A DNA stretch of 64,000 nt from Clostridia bacterium. Lineage in GTDB: Bacteria > Bacillota > Clostridia > Oscillospirales > CAG-272. The number at the start of each line of letters is the position of its first letter. Position 1 is the first letter of the stretch. Both the position numbers and the translations under genes were made by a program. The DNA is taken from positions 867-64,866 of the forward strand of contig JAFTBN010000062.1 of assembly GCA_017455185.1 (NCBI GenBank), read 5' to 3'. Below are positions 1-9,007 of this stretch, piece after piece. The notes below the pieces were generated by a model that was not told where the DNA came from, made no database searches, and worked only from the letters and a program-made list of their open reading frames with translations.

Positions 1-3000
1 TTTATGATGAAATATGTGCTTATAGTGCAACTGAAGCATCCAAGATTATGGATAATGGTCAGGGGATCATCTCTATAATAACCTCTGGGGCGCCGAAAAC
101 AGAGTCTACTGCTACCAACAGCCTTACATATGTGGCGAAAACAGCAAAAGGACAGACACTGACAAATGGCAACACAAGATATTACTATAATCTGAATGCA
201 GTAGATGATAGCGCTGGTGATTTGTCAACCGATCCCGCAAAGCTTATGCGTTGGGGGCTTAATCAGTATGCCTGCGCGAATATTAAAGATTATTTTCCCG
301 ATCCTTATAATGGAAATATAAGCGGAACAAACTTTTCTATGAAAAACTATAGTTGGTATCCGGTTAGTATCAATTCTGCAGTTTCAGTTTCCGGTACATT
401 TGAATTCTTCAACAATGAGTTTGAAAACTGTGAGGCATTAAAAACCAATACAAAACTTAGTTCTTTAGAAAGTACTCAGCATTATATGATGCAAAACGGA
501 TTGTTCTATGATGTTTCATCGAACGTTACGATTGGGCACATAGTTTTAAAGGGAAATATCGGAGCAGTAGGTGAATCGGGTACTGGTGCGCTCATATACG
601 GAAAAATCAGTGGTTCAGAAACAAATCCTGTAGTGATTTCAAGTGTAAAGGGAAGTATCTCTTTGGATGGGATTCATGTGCATAATTTTAGTACAAAGTC
701 TTCATCCTATGCTCCGCTTTTGATAAACTCTTCAACAGGGTATGTAACGCTTGATATCTATCATGTATCCAATACTAATAATTCGACTTATGCTGTTCCT
801 GCAGGAAAGGAAGTTGCAACTAGTTTAATAGGGAAATTGGGATCTGATTCAGCAAAGTTTTTGAATGTATCTTTTTCGGATATTAAACTTGATGGAAGAA
901 AGCAAACAGGAAGGTGTACTGGTAGTGGGGAAATTGGAAATGTAACCAGTAGTTCAAATACAAGTATTTATTATACAAGTAAATCCATTTTTTCAAGAGC
1001 AACACTTCTTGAATCTTTAATGTATGATTCTGATTCTTCTGGAGTATATAATTTTACATATAACGAAGATTGGGGTGCAGGAACGCCTAGAAAAGTAACT
1101 TATGGTAAAGAATTAGGTTATGTGAATGCTACTTCTGGAAGTACAAATGCAAATAATAATCAGTTCCCAGGGTTGGAATTGCAGTATTCTGGATCAGCCA
1201 ATTATGTTGCATATAAGCTAAAAGGTTCTAATCCTTATACATCTCAAAATAACACTATTTCTAATGAGTTTTTGAAGTATTTTCGCCCATATGTTGCTGA
1301 TGTGGATAAATCCCAAAAAAAGTTTCAGCTTTCGGTAAACCATAGAGCGATTACGCTTTCCGGTTGTGGTACTTATAATGATCCATATGTAATAGAGGAA
1401 GGTACACAGCTTGAAGGTGTATCCAGAATAATACGTGGTAATGCCAATAATGGTGATACGCTTAATTTACCGACCTCTGATGGTTCAACAGTTACTGTTG
1501 GAGCAACCTGGTGTCATGATAAAACTACTCCGGATCATGTTAGCTTTACATATAATGGTACTGATTTTGCATCTGCATCTGGGACGAGGAAGGAGGTTTT
1601 AGATGTTCAAAAGCATCTTGCCGGAGCGTACTATATTATTCAACCAAAGAATGATGCTTCCAGTATAACCGTGAGCAATAATACCGATTTTAACGGTCTT
1701 GGTTCAACCTCAGCTGAGACAATGTTTAGGGGTGTTATTGATGGCAATGATAAAACAATAATCAATCAAACAGACTATCCTCTTATTGCAACAAGTAACG
1801 GAAGCGTTGTAAAGGATTTGACTGTTACGATTGATAAAACCACCATAGCAAAAACAGGAAATCAGAGCACTTTTCCTACTGCCACTGCTTATGGCGCAAT
1901 CATCGGTCAAATACATGGTGGCGATAATATCATTGATAAGGTTACGGTAAACTTTGGGTCTTCTGTAATTAGTCTTAATGGAGATAAGGCTCAGCTTATT
2001 CCTACTGGCGGATATGTCGGTGTGGTTCTTAACGGTGGTTTGATATTTAGAAATATGAACTCCGTTGCAGCAACATCAAAACTTGCTGCTGCTAATGTTA
2101 CAACAAATCAAACAGCTATAGTTGTGACTGATATGACTGCTACCACAAGTACACATGAAACCACTAATGATCTTTGGCTTTATGTTAATCCTTATGTAGG
2201 AAGAGTTATCAACGGATATGCTGTAAATATTTCTTCAGCTTATCATGACAGGGACTCTGCTCAGATGCTTCAGAACGGAACAAAGCATTATTCTATCACG
2301 GATATTAATCCAAGTGAGGGCAATTTTACAGTATCCGGTTCTACAATTACTATTCCCAATGCACAGTCATTCTTTATTATATCTTTGATTGTAAACAGCG
2401 GAATGGGAATGAAGTCGACGGCTGATGCAACATCTGTAACCAGTCCTTTGGGATATTACAATGGTTATTGTACAACGAGGCACGCTCTGTATAATCAGAT
2501 AGGTGAAGCCACCAGTACCGACTACACTGATCTGGCTTCAAAGGATATATTTTGGCAGACTGCAACAGATTCTCAAAAGCAAGCTGATACACCTTATATT
2601 GTCGAAAACTATACTCCAGGTTCAGATTCTGATAACTATGTTGCCAAGACTCTGGGCGGTAGTAGCTCTGCTTGGTCGATAAACCTGAAATCAAGTGTGA
2701 CTTACAATCTTCCTGATGGTTATAAGGGCATTGGAAATATTTTCTACAATAATGTGGCCTTGAGATTAAATGTTGCCGGATTTGACGGAAAAGGCTGTAC
2801 TATTGATCAGAATACAAGATTTGTGAGTTATGATGATGGTTTTGATAATGCACAATATTTACCTGTTGCCGGAGATGGTGATACAAGTTATACTGCCCCA
2901 GATTTAGGATTAGGCTTGTTTAATCGCCAAGAAGGTAGAGACAATGTCGAAGTAACTTACAAGGATTTTATTCTTACTGGAAAAGTTAGAAGCGATGTGG

Positions 3001-6000
3001 TGGATAAAGGTACGGGAAATCATGTCTCGTATACATTTACTGATAAGAATAAGGGTATAGATAAATCATATGTTTTATCGACAGGCATGCTTTTTGGAAC
3101 TTTATATAGTAGAACTAAAATTCAAAATGTTACCCTAAGAAACATAGATGTTAGAGGTGCAAAATATTCTGGTGGTTTTATTGGTTCAGGACCAAATAGT
3201 AACGGTCGAAATATTACAATTGAACAGCAATCTTCTTATACAGAATCATCCTCAGGTATAGTGGTTCATGGAGTCACTGGTGCAGGAGGCATGATTGGTA
3301 GATGGCAGGCTGGTAATCCCAAAATCAGTTATAATAATCATATTTTCAATATTACTGAGATTTATAGTGATGCTGAGTCTGACATAGCAAATTTTAAATA
3401 TGGAGTAGGCGGAATTATTGGAGTTTGCCGTGCTGGTTTAGGAGATCCTGCTCCAGATGGAACAATAGAATACATAAAAGTTGGTGATCCAGAACAACTA
3501 ACGGCTTCTGTTGTTGGATGTAGTGTTCCCTCAAAAGGTATTAATGCTGGCGGTTTAATGGGAACATTAAATAGGTGTTCTCCTAAAATACAGCATTGCT
3601 CAGTTAATAATATTACGGTTATCTCTAATGGAGCAGATACATATGTTGGAGGATTAGTTGGTTTCACAACCACAAAGTGTCAGGTTCAAGTTGATGATAC
3701 TGTTATTTATTCAAACACAAATGCTAAGGCTGTTATTAAAGGAAATGGTTTTTGCGGTGGAGTTTTAGGAGTTTCCTCAAAGGATGATGGTACTCTTAAA
3801 TTTACAATATTGAATAGTACTCTTAGTGGTTATGCTATTAGCGGAAAAATTGTAGGGGGTATTGTTGGAAAAAGAGATACTGAACGAAAAAGCAATGTCC
3901 CATGGGATATGCGTATAGAAAACTTTGAAATCGATACTTGCTCTGTAACAGGCACAGGCACTGGAAATGTTGCAGGAGGGTTAGTAGGACAATTGCTTAC
4001 TCCTATCAAAGGCTATAATATCCACGCAAAGGATCTGACGGTAACTGGAGCAACTTCCGGTTATGTTGTCGGAACAATGGCTGATGATGATAAAGGCCTT
4101 ATCAAACTTGTTGCTTTTTCACGTCAGGAAACTCGTGATAATGAAACTATGCTTGCTACGATAGTCGGCTCCTATTTTACTTATGAGTACGGCGATGGAG
4201 GATATATTGTTTTTTCTGACTATTTGGGAACAAAAACTAATACTACTGTGTCTGCGATAAATGCTACCAACAATATAAATGATTTTAAATCACCTTATGT
4301 TAATATTAATCCTTCAGTAACATTTGAAGACTCTGTAGTTCTTACTGGTGACGGCGTAAGCACATTGACAAATGTGGCAGGAGGTAAAGCTTCAGCAGTA
4401 ATCAAGAAAATAAATGATGACGTACAAGATGATAAACCTAACTACATTAAAGCAATTGCTGGATATGATCCTACAGATACATCTAAATTCAAAGCAGATA
4501 TGCAGAAGCTGTATCATTCATACATTACCAGACAGTCCACTTTTGCAAATGAGGCAGAAGATAAACTAGAAGGAGTATCGGGGTATGATTTTCCTGTTCT
4601 GATACTTGATATTTCAAATGCAACACTGGCTAGAAATTATATAAACAACTATATACATCTATTGACAAATACTCCATCAAGTGGTGTATTCAGTAATTTT
4701 GCTAATGATTCAACTGGTGTATATCGTGTTGTTTTGACCAGGTATCAATATGATTCAACTGAAGGAGAACTTGTAGAGCAAACAACGGGATATGACAGCT
4801 TTATAAAAGAGGATGGAAAATTCTATATGGATGGTTCACATACTGATACAGAATGTGAAAATGCACAGTTCACACTTATGGACGTTCAGTTTTTTGATCC
4901 TTCTGATACAACTAAGGTTGCATACCATCTGTACATCCCAGTGTACTGTCGAAAGCTTTTGGAATACGATTTCAGAATCAATCTGGAGTCAGGAACGAAT
5001 TATGACCGCACAGCATCTGTATCAAGTATTCGACCGCTGAATGAAGAAAATGTGCTGATTGAGAATATTGGTACCCCTGTAACGATGGAGTTTGTTTATA
5101 CTTACAAACGTAATCTGCAGGAGTGGAAGAATGCATTAGAAGGTGGAGATTCTCTGATTGCTCCTTATTCTCCGCGTATGTTAAAATTTCAGAATAATAC
5201 ATCTACAGCTGCGGGCGTCACACCTAACAGCTTCCCGTCGGGAACTGCGATGGTATTAGTTGATGTAAATAGAAAAGGAAAAGCATATTATCTTAATTCT
5301 CTTACAAATACTGCTTTTTCTGCGCTGGATTCAAGCAAGAATTTTTATTTGAATTTGAATCAGTTTACAGCTACGGATGAAGCGGGGTTTGTTCCCGTTA
5401 CTTTCTGTGATTTGATGATTGTTACTGCGGAAGAAGATCCGGAAGGTAAATTTGTTTCTAAAACTCAAGCTGGAGGAACGGGTACTGTTAAAATAAATAG
5501 CGGTTCAACGGTTGTTGGACAGGAATTAAGACTGTATGATGATTCTACGGATGCAGGTAATGGATACACCAGGTATAATGTTAATCTGGCTTTTCCCGAG
5601 GGAGTTACTGAATTGTCGGAAAGATATTTCCTGACGATTTATACACCCGAGGATCAAAGTCAGAACAAGGTATATCATTATGTTATTGGATCGAAGGCGT
5701 CATTAAATGAAGCAAGCGGTCAATTCCCTACAAAAGTCACATCGGTTAATCAGATTTCCAATTTATACATTGGAGATATATATTCCAATCATGTGTATAT
5801 TGATGGTCTTTCTGATCCTCAAATGATTACGGAGGAAAGTAATAGTATTTCAGCGGATTTGCGGGCTACTATTGAATTGACTGGCGCAGGAAAAGACAAC
5901 GTAGGAGCGGTTCTGGACAAGGCAAGTTTGTATCAAAGTTTTTTGGTTAAACTGAATAAGTTTAATAATAATGCAACTCCTGCAAAGAGTGAAATCGGTA

Positions 6001-6980
6001 TTCTGGCTGAGAATATTCAGGTCTCTCCTTCGAACGGAAAAATAGGGTATGAAGGTGGCTTGGAGAATGCGACATTCACATGGAGTGGAAACTCAAACTA
6101 TATTGAAGTAAAATCCAACCAGAACCTGCGAGATTATTTAATTAGCAATACGGCAAAAAACAGGGCGACAGTGATTCAAATAAAGGTTACCATGACGTTT
6201 GACGGAAGTGAGGGAAGTACGGATATTCCAGACCAGTTCTATGGTCAACCTGAGGATAGCGAGCGAGGAACATTGGTTTATGCTTATTCAAATATTTCAT
6301 CGGTAAATGCGCAGACAGCGTACAGTAATGCTACCGCTAAGGATGAAACCAGTACTAAGATTTATTACACCTCAGAAGATCAAGGTGCTGCGTTGACTTA
6401 TGATGCAGTTACAGTTCCAGATCAAGGCGAACTGCAGCAATTAGGCATTAACAGACGGGATGCGAATGAACCATCTGTTTCATTGATAAAAACTCAAGGT
6501 AATTACGGAATAGCTAAATGTAAAACAGCAGCATCTGAATGTCAGTATGTAAAATGCAAGCTCACGCTTGCTCATAAACAAGATGATGCTACTTATACCA
6601 CAACCCCGCTTGTTTTATCGGATTATATATCCAGTATCAAGTTTGGTGATACCACAGTGACGCCAACAGCAGGAGAAACAGATTGTTATTTTGTCTTTGA
6701 TAAAGATGATTTAACCTTAGAAAATGATATCTATTGTATTCCAATTGATATAACGGTTATTTCTGGAGATGCTTTTGAGAACGGAACAGATACTGCCGGA
6801 AGTAAGAGAGTATACTCCAATTACAAAATCACATTGGAAGTATGTATGCAGGAAGATGATCTTGTCGCTTCAGAGGCAAAGCCTGGAACAACCGATTCGG
6901 ATTATTTGATTTATACACACGCAAAGATATATACGGATCGAATAACTCCGACAGAAGCCGGTGGTGGGGAAGAACCGTAA
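1..6980 (+). CDS. Giant repeat-containing putative surface/secreted protein (GLUG-like, beta-solenoid type modules); 5'-partial, continues upstream of the window
   Basis: The frame is open from base 3 to the TAA at 6978-6980 (bases 3-47 translate as YDEICAYSATEASKI with no stop). No Shine-Dalgarno precedes the first in-window ATG at 48. A 6.9-kb stop-free frame in AT-rich DNA is very unlikely by chance. Two modules begin with G(C/S)GTxxDPYxI and FxGxxDGxxxxI-type strings (aa ~450-570 and ~910). They are followed by repeated GG(F/I/L/M/V)(I/L/M/V)G strings (SGGFIGSG, AGGMIGR, VGGIIGV, AGGLMGT, VGGLVGF, CGGVLGV, VGGIVGK, AGGLVGQ), as in GLUG-motif proteins. The C-terminus has no LPXTG, TM segment, SLH or dockerin-like string. 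Confidence 0.85.
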   Translation, partial: YDEICAYSATEASKIMDNGQGIISIITSGAPKTESTATNSLTYVAKTAKGQTLTNGNTRYYYNLNAVDDSAGDLSTDPAKLMRWGLNQYACANIKDYFPDPYNGNISGTNFSMKNYSWYPVSINSAVSVSGTFEFFNNEFENCEALKTNTKLSSLESTQHYMMQNGLFYDVSSNVTIGHIVLKGNIGAVGESGTGALIYGKISGSETNPVVISSVKGSISLDGIHVHNFSTKSSSYAPLLINSSTGYVTLDIYHVSNTNNSTYAVPAGKEVATSLIGKLGSDSAKFLNVSFSDIKLDGRKQTGRCTGSGEIGNVTSSSNTSIYYTSKSIFSRATLLESLMYDSDSSGVYNFTYNEDWGAGTPRKVTYGKELGYVNATSGSTNANNNQFPGLELQYSGSANYVAYKLKGSNPYTSQNNTISNEFLKYFRPYVADVDKSQKKFQLSVNHRAITLSGCGTYNDPYVIEEGTQLEGVSRIIRGNANNGDTLNLPTSDGSTVTVGATWCHDKTTPDHVSFTYNGTDFASASGTRKEVLDVQKHLAGAYYIIQPKNDASSITVSNNTDFNGLGSTSAETMFRGVIDGNDKTIINQTDYPLIATSNGSVVKDLTVTIDKTTIAKTGNQSTFPTATAYGAIIGQIHGGDNIIDKVTVNFGSSVISLNGDKAQLIPTGGYVGVVLNGGLIFRNMNSVAATSKLAAANVTTNQTAIVVTDMTATTSTHETTNDLWLYVNPYVGRVINGYAVNISSAYHDRDSAQMLQNGTKHYSITDINPSEGNFTVSGSTITIPNAQSFFIISLIVNSGMGMKSTADATSVTSPLGYYNGYCTTRHALYNQIGEATSTDYTDLASKDIFWQTATDSQKQADTPYIVENYTPGSDSDNYVAKTLGGSSSAWSINLKSSVTYNLPDGYKGIGNIFYNNVALRLNVAGFDGKGCTIDQNTRFVSYDDGFDNAQYLPVAGDGDTSYTAPDLGLGLFNRQEGRDNVEVTYKDFILTGKVRSDVVDKGTGNHVSYTFTDKNKGIDKSYVLSTGMLFGTLYSRTKIQNVTLRNIDVRGAKYSGGFIGSGPNSNGRNITIEQQSSYTESSSGIVVHGVTGAGGMIGRWQAGNPKISYNNHIFNITEIYSDAESDIANFKYGVGGIIGVCRAGLGDPAPDGTIEYIKVGDPEQLTASVVGCSVPSKGINAGGLMGTLNRCSPKIQHCSVNNITVISNGADTYVGGLVGFTTTKCQVQVDDTVIYSNTNAKAVIKGNGFCGGVLGVSSKDDGTLKFTILNSTLSGYAISGKIVGGIVGKRDTERKSNVPWDMRIENFEIDTCSVTGTGTGNVAGGLVGQLLTPIKGYNIHAKDLTVTGATSGYVVGTMADDDKGLIKLVAFSRQETRDNETMLATIVGSYFTYEYGDGGYIVFSDYLGTKTNTTVSAINATNNINDFKSPYVNINPSVTFEDSVVLTGDGVSTLTNVAGGKASAVIKKINDDVQDDKPNYIKAIAGYDPTDTSKFKADMQKLYHSYITRQSTFANEAEDKLEGVSGYDFPVLILDISNATLARNYINNYIHLLTNTPSSGVFSNFANDSTGVYRVVLTRYQYDSTEGELVEQTTGYDSFIKEDGKFYMDGSHTDTECENAQFTLMDVQFFDPSDTTKVAYHLYIPVYCRKLLEYDFRINLESGTNYDRTASVSSIRPLNEENVLIENIGTPVTMEFVYTYKRNLQEWKNALEGGDSLIAPYSPRMLKFQNNTSTAAGVTPNSFPSGTAMVLVDVNRKGKAYYLNSLTNTAFSALDSSKNFYLNLNQFTATDEAGFVPVTFCDLMIVTAEEDPEGKFVSKTQAGGTGTVKINSGSTVVGQELRLYDDSTDAGNGYTRYNVNLAFPEGVTELSERYFLTIYTPEDQSQNKVYHYVIGSKASLNEASGQFPTKVTSVNQISNLYIGDIYSNHVYIDGLSDPQMITEESNSISADLRATIELTGAGKDNVGAVLDKASLYQSFLVKLNKFNNNATPAKSEIGILAENIQVSPSNGKIGYEGGLENATFTWSGNSNYIEVKSNQNLRDYLISNTAKNRATVIQIKVTMTFDGSEGSTDIPDQFYGQPEDSERGTLVYAYSNISSVNAQTAYSNATAKDETSTKIYYTSEDQGAALTYDAVTVPDQGELQQLGINRRDANEPSVSLIKTQGNYGIAKCKTAASECQYVKCKLTLAHKQDDATYTTTPLVLSDYISSIKFGDTTVTPTAGETDCYFVFDKDDLTLENDIYCIPIDITVISGDAFENGTDTAGSKRVYSNYKITLEVCMQEDDLVASEAKPGTTDSDYLIYTHAKIYTDRITPTEAGGGEEP

Positions 6981-7028
6981 ACACACCCTAGTTTGATCAC
7001 TAAAAAACAAAATCATTATTATCAACAA

Positions 7029-7091
7029 TAACACCCCAGGGGAAGAGAAGAATAATTTTTTCTTAGACCCACCGGGGTGTTATTTATTTTT
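7029..7091 (+). terminator. Hairpin plus T-run terminator downstream of the giant ORF
   Basis: TAACACCCC (7029-7037) pairs with GGGGTGTTA (7074-7082). There is a smaller inner AAGAA/TTCTT hairpin, and the structure is followed by TTTATTTTT. Confidence 0.6.
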
Positions 7092-7286
7092 AGCGGGGTG
7101 CTTTAGGGATGTGAAGTAAGCGTTAAATAATAAGGCGTCTAGCCAAGCAAGATAAAATAGAGTTGTAAACATGGAATGGTCTACAGCTCTATTTTTTTTG
7201 AGGGAAACCATATGCTTGAGGAGCTCGTGAAAAGCCGGTGCAAATAGTCTTTCAGACCGGACGGTAAAGACATAATTCCCGGACAT
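7080..7286 (-). other. Orphan 68-aa ORF of intermediate GC with no visible RBS; possibly a gene remnant (weak resemblance to the C-terminal end of IS4/IS5-type DDE transposases)
   Basis: The ORF is MSGNYVFTVRSERLFAPAFHELLKHMVSLKKNRAVDHSMFTTLFYLAWL... Its ERLF...K...(N)AV...LAWL spacing loosely recalls transposase C-termini. There is no SD upstream of the ATG. It sits exactly at the compositional junction. Confidence 0.2.
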
Positions 7287-7291
7287 ATTCG

Positions 7292-7368
7292 GTCACATAT
7301 CACGCGTAAATTCCCAAAGTAAATTCCACTGTGGAATTTACTTTGGGAATTTACTGTCACATATCACG
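7292..7368. repeat. 49-bp perfect palindrome flanked by 13-bp direct repeats
   Basis: GTCACATATCACG occurs at 7292-7304 and again at 7356-7368. Between the copies, GTAAATTCCCAAAGTAAATTCCAC (7306-7329) and its exact reverse complement (7331-7354) are separated by a single T. Each arm contains two copies of GTAAATTCC. Confidence 0.9.
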
Positions 7369-7391
7369 GACAGATAATGCCCGCAAAAGAA

Positions 7392-7420
7392 TTGACAAAA
7401 GCGGCCTGTTTTGCTAAAAT
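7392..7420 (+). promoter_or_regulatory. Sigma-70/SigA-type promoter upstream of fumC
   Basis: TTGACA (7392-7397), a 17-nt spacer, and TAAAAT (7415-7420) preceded by TGc. A second extended -10 (TGcTATAAT, -10 at 7537-7542) lies closer to fumC. Confidence 0.6.
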
Positions 7421-7569
7421 GGAATGTAATTTTCAAGTGGGGATGCCCGCCGTCCCGGATTGCCGCGGGTTGACCGGACGGGTGAGGCTCAGCCGGGCTT
7501 TTCGGAAAGGGGCTATCTCTTTTTCCCGTTCCGTGCTATAATTCTAAGAAACAACAGCAGAGGTCCGCC

Positions 7570-8985
7570 ATGGAATACAGAATCGAAAAGGATACGATGG
7601 GCGAGGTGAAAGTGCCTGCGGATTGCCTTTGGGGCGCACAGACGCAGAGAAGCCTTGAGCATTTCAGAATCGGGACCGAAAAGATCCCCGCGCCGGTTAT
7701 CCGGGCGTTCGCCTATCTGAAGAAAGCGGCCGCCATGGCAAACGCCGAACTGGTTCCGCAGAAAATGACCCCGCAGAAACGGGAACTGCTTGAAACCGTT
7801 TGCGATGAAATCCTGGAAGGGAAACTGGACGGCGCGTTTCCTTTGTCGGTCTGGCAGACCGGCAGCGGAACCCAATCCAACATGAATGTCAACGAGGTCA
7901 TCTCGCACCGTGCGGCCGCGCTGAATCCCGGACTGCCCCTGCACCCGAACGACGACGTGAATCTGTCGCAATCTTCGAACGATACATTTCCTTCCGCGAT
8001 GTACATAGCCGCGGTGACCGAAACACAGGGGCGCCTTATTCCTGCCCTGGATACTCTTCTTGCCACGCTGGACCGGCTGAGCCGGGAGAACGACGACGTG
8101 GTCAAAGGGGGAAGAACCCATCTGCAGGATGCGGTTCCGATCCGCTTTTCCCAGGAAGTTGCCGGATGGGCCGGACTGTTGCGGGTCGACCGGGAACAGA
8201 TTCTGTCCTCGCAAAAGGGATTGTACCGTCTGGCTCTGGGCGGGACGGCGGTCGGGACCGGTCTGAATGCCCCCGAGGGGTTTGCTGCCCTTGCCGCCCG
8301 GAAGGTGGCCGTGCTGACCGGATATCCGTTTGAGACGAACCCCAACAAATTCCAGGCTTTGACCGGCAAGAGTGAACTGGTCTTCGCTCATGGAGCTCTG
8401 AAGGGCCTGGCGGCGGATCTGATGAAAATCGCCAACGACGTCCGCTGGCTGGCTTCCGGACCGAGAAACGGTTTGGGTGAGATCCGGATTCCCGAAAACG
8501 AACCGGGTTCTTCCATTATGCCCGGCAAGGTGAACCCGACCCAATGCGAAGCGGTGACCATGGTTGCCGCCCAGGTTATGGGAAATGACGCGACCGTCGG
8601 ATTCGCGGCGTCACAGGGTAATTTTGAGCTGAACGTGTTCATGCCCGTCCTGATATACAATTACCTGCAGTCGGTCCGCCTTCTGACGGATGCGATGACG
8701 TCGTTTGAGGGCAACTGCATCCGGGGGATTGTTCCCGACCGGGAGCGGATGAAGGAAAACCTGAACCGGTCTTTGATGCTGGTGACCTGCCTCAATCCGT
8801 ACATCGGATATGAAAAGGCGGCCAAGGTGGCGAAAACGGCTTACGCGCAGCAGATTACGCTCAGGGAAGCCTGCCTGAAACTCGGATACCTGAGCGGGGA
8901 AGAGTTTGACCGGGTGTTCCGCCCGGAGGATATGACGGGCGGCGCACTGCCGGATTCCGATCAACCGTCAAAAGAGAAGAAATGA
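7570..8985 (+). CDS. fumC: Class II fumarate hydratase
   Basis: 471 aa. N-terminus [27 protein letters not shown]. The signature [16 protein letters not shown] is the fumarase variant, not the aspartase variant. Confidence 0.9.
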   Translation: MEYRIEKDTMGEVKVPADCLWGAQTQRSLEHFRIGTEKIPAPVIRAFAYLKKAAAMANAELVPQKMTPQKRELLETVCDEILEGKLDGAFPLSVWQTGSGTQSNMNVNEVISHRAAALNPGLPLHPNDDVNLSQSSNDTFPSAMYIAAVTETQGRLIPALDTLLATLDRLSRENDDVVKGGRTHLQDAVPIRFSQEVAGWAGLLRVDREQILSSQKGLYRLALGGTAVGTGLNAPEGFAALAARKVAVLTGYPFETNPNKFQALTGKSELVFAHGALKGLAADLMKIANDVRWLASGPRNGLGEIRIPENEPGSSIMPGKVNPTQCEAVTMVAAQVMGNDATVGFAASQGNFELNVFMPVLIYNYLQSVRLLTDAMTSFEGNCIRGIVPDRERMKENLNRSLMLVTCLNPYIGYEKAAKVAKTAYAQQITLREACLKLGYLSGEEFDRVFRPEDMTGGALPDSDQPSKEKK

Positions 8986-9007
8986 AGGAAGAGAGCGTTT
9001 AAAGAGA

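Noticed and set aside
1315-1321. A7 homopolymer inside the giant ORF as a phase-variation switch
   Set aside because: Seven A residues is short and is expected by chance in DNA of about 35% GC. There is no evidence of slippage.
6981-7570. Diversity-generating retroelement or immunity/partner gene downstream of the giant ORF
   Set aside because: No reverse transcriptase follows the gene, no template repeat matches its 3' end, and there is no credible small partner ORF with an RBS.
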